Shown piece by piece: positions 63,501 through 64,000 of a stretch of 64,000 bases of DNA (the stretch's first letter is position 1; each line of letters starts with the position of its first letter). This DNA comes from Owenia fusiformis (taxonomy: Eukaryota): assembly GCA_903813345.2 (NCBI GenBank), contig CAIIXF020000001.1:28210001-28274000 (forward strand), read 5' to 3'. Both the position numbers and the translations under genes were made by a program. The notes beneath the pieces are model-generated. The model was not told where the DNA came from and searched no databases. It saw only the letters and a program-made list of their open reading frames with translations.

Positions 63501-64000
63501 TTTTGTGTTGTCTTTTGAATAGCCTCTCTATTCGTCTTATTTTACCGCCGGGATTTTACCTCAACATTTTTTATTGTCATAATGTCTTATTAGGACTTAG
63601 GTTCTAGAACAAATTTCCAAATTGGCTGCTAAATTCAAAATGGGACTATACTTCTGACTATTGCTTGGTTATTATACCACTGATGAAGTTCGGGGGGATA
63701 TTGAAAAGCTGTCCTTTGGTTCGTTTGTCTCATATACCAATCAAAGGATTTGATTCAAATTTTGTAGGCTTATGCCTTATTGGTTTAGGACCTTTGCTCG
63801 CGAAGGGATTTTCATACACTATATTGCAGTTTAGCAGCCCCACCCCCAAGACAGCCTGGGTAATAAATCATTTCAGACCTACTAACGCTACAGTGCTGAC
63901 CTTTTCTGACCAATATTTATATATATTTCTGACCTGACCAATATTCTTGAACCAGCAAAGTGGACGGAACATATGCTAAAGGCATGCTCAGTGAGTTCAG

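Overview
AT-rich animal (probably invertebrate/lophotrochozoan-type) nuclear DNA, not prokaryotic. It carries two divergent genes. (1) Minus strand: a C2H2 zinc-finger protein whose single large coding exon runs from an ATG at 2283 off the left edge (761 stop-free codons, six dispersed fingers, a SRRKQxKP NuRD-type motif). The ORF track omits it because its stop lies outside the window. (2) Plus strand: a CAAP1 (C9orf82) homologue, reconstructed as 8 coding exons from 24269 to 56900 (607 aa) with a 25.5-kb intron. Their candidate first exons point away from a very compact element at about 7250-7385, centred on a ZNF143/Staf motif, with YY1-like motifs and outward-facing splice donors. The introns hold many non-autonomous DNA transposons: Helentron/DINE-like elements (all recognised copies in one orientation), Tc1/mariner and PIF/Harbinger MITEs, MITEs with 5-, 6- and 9-bp target duplications, a fossil mariner and a nested insertion stack. 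There are also several minisatellites, a telomere-like tract and CTCF-like motifs. No CRISPR, rRNA or tRNA was seen. All calls were made by eye, with no database search.
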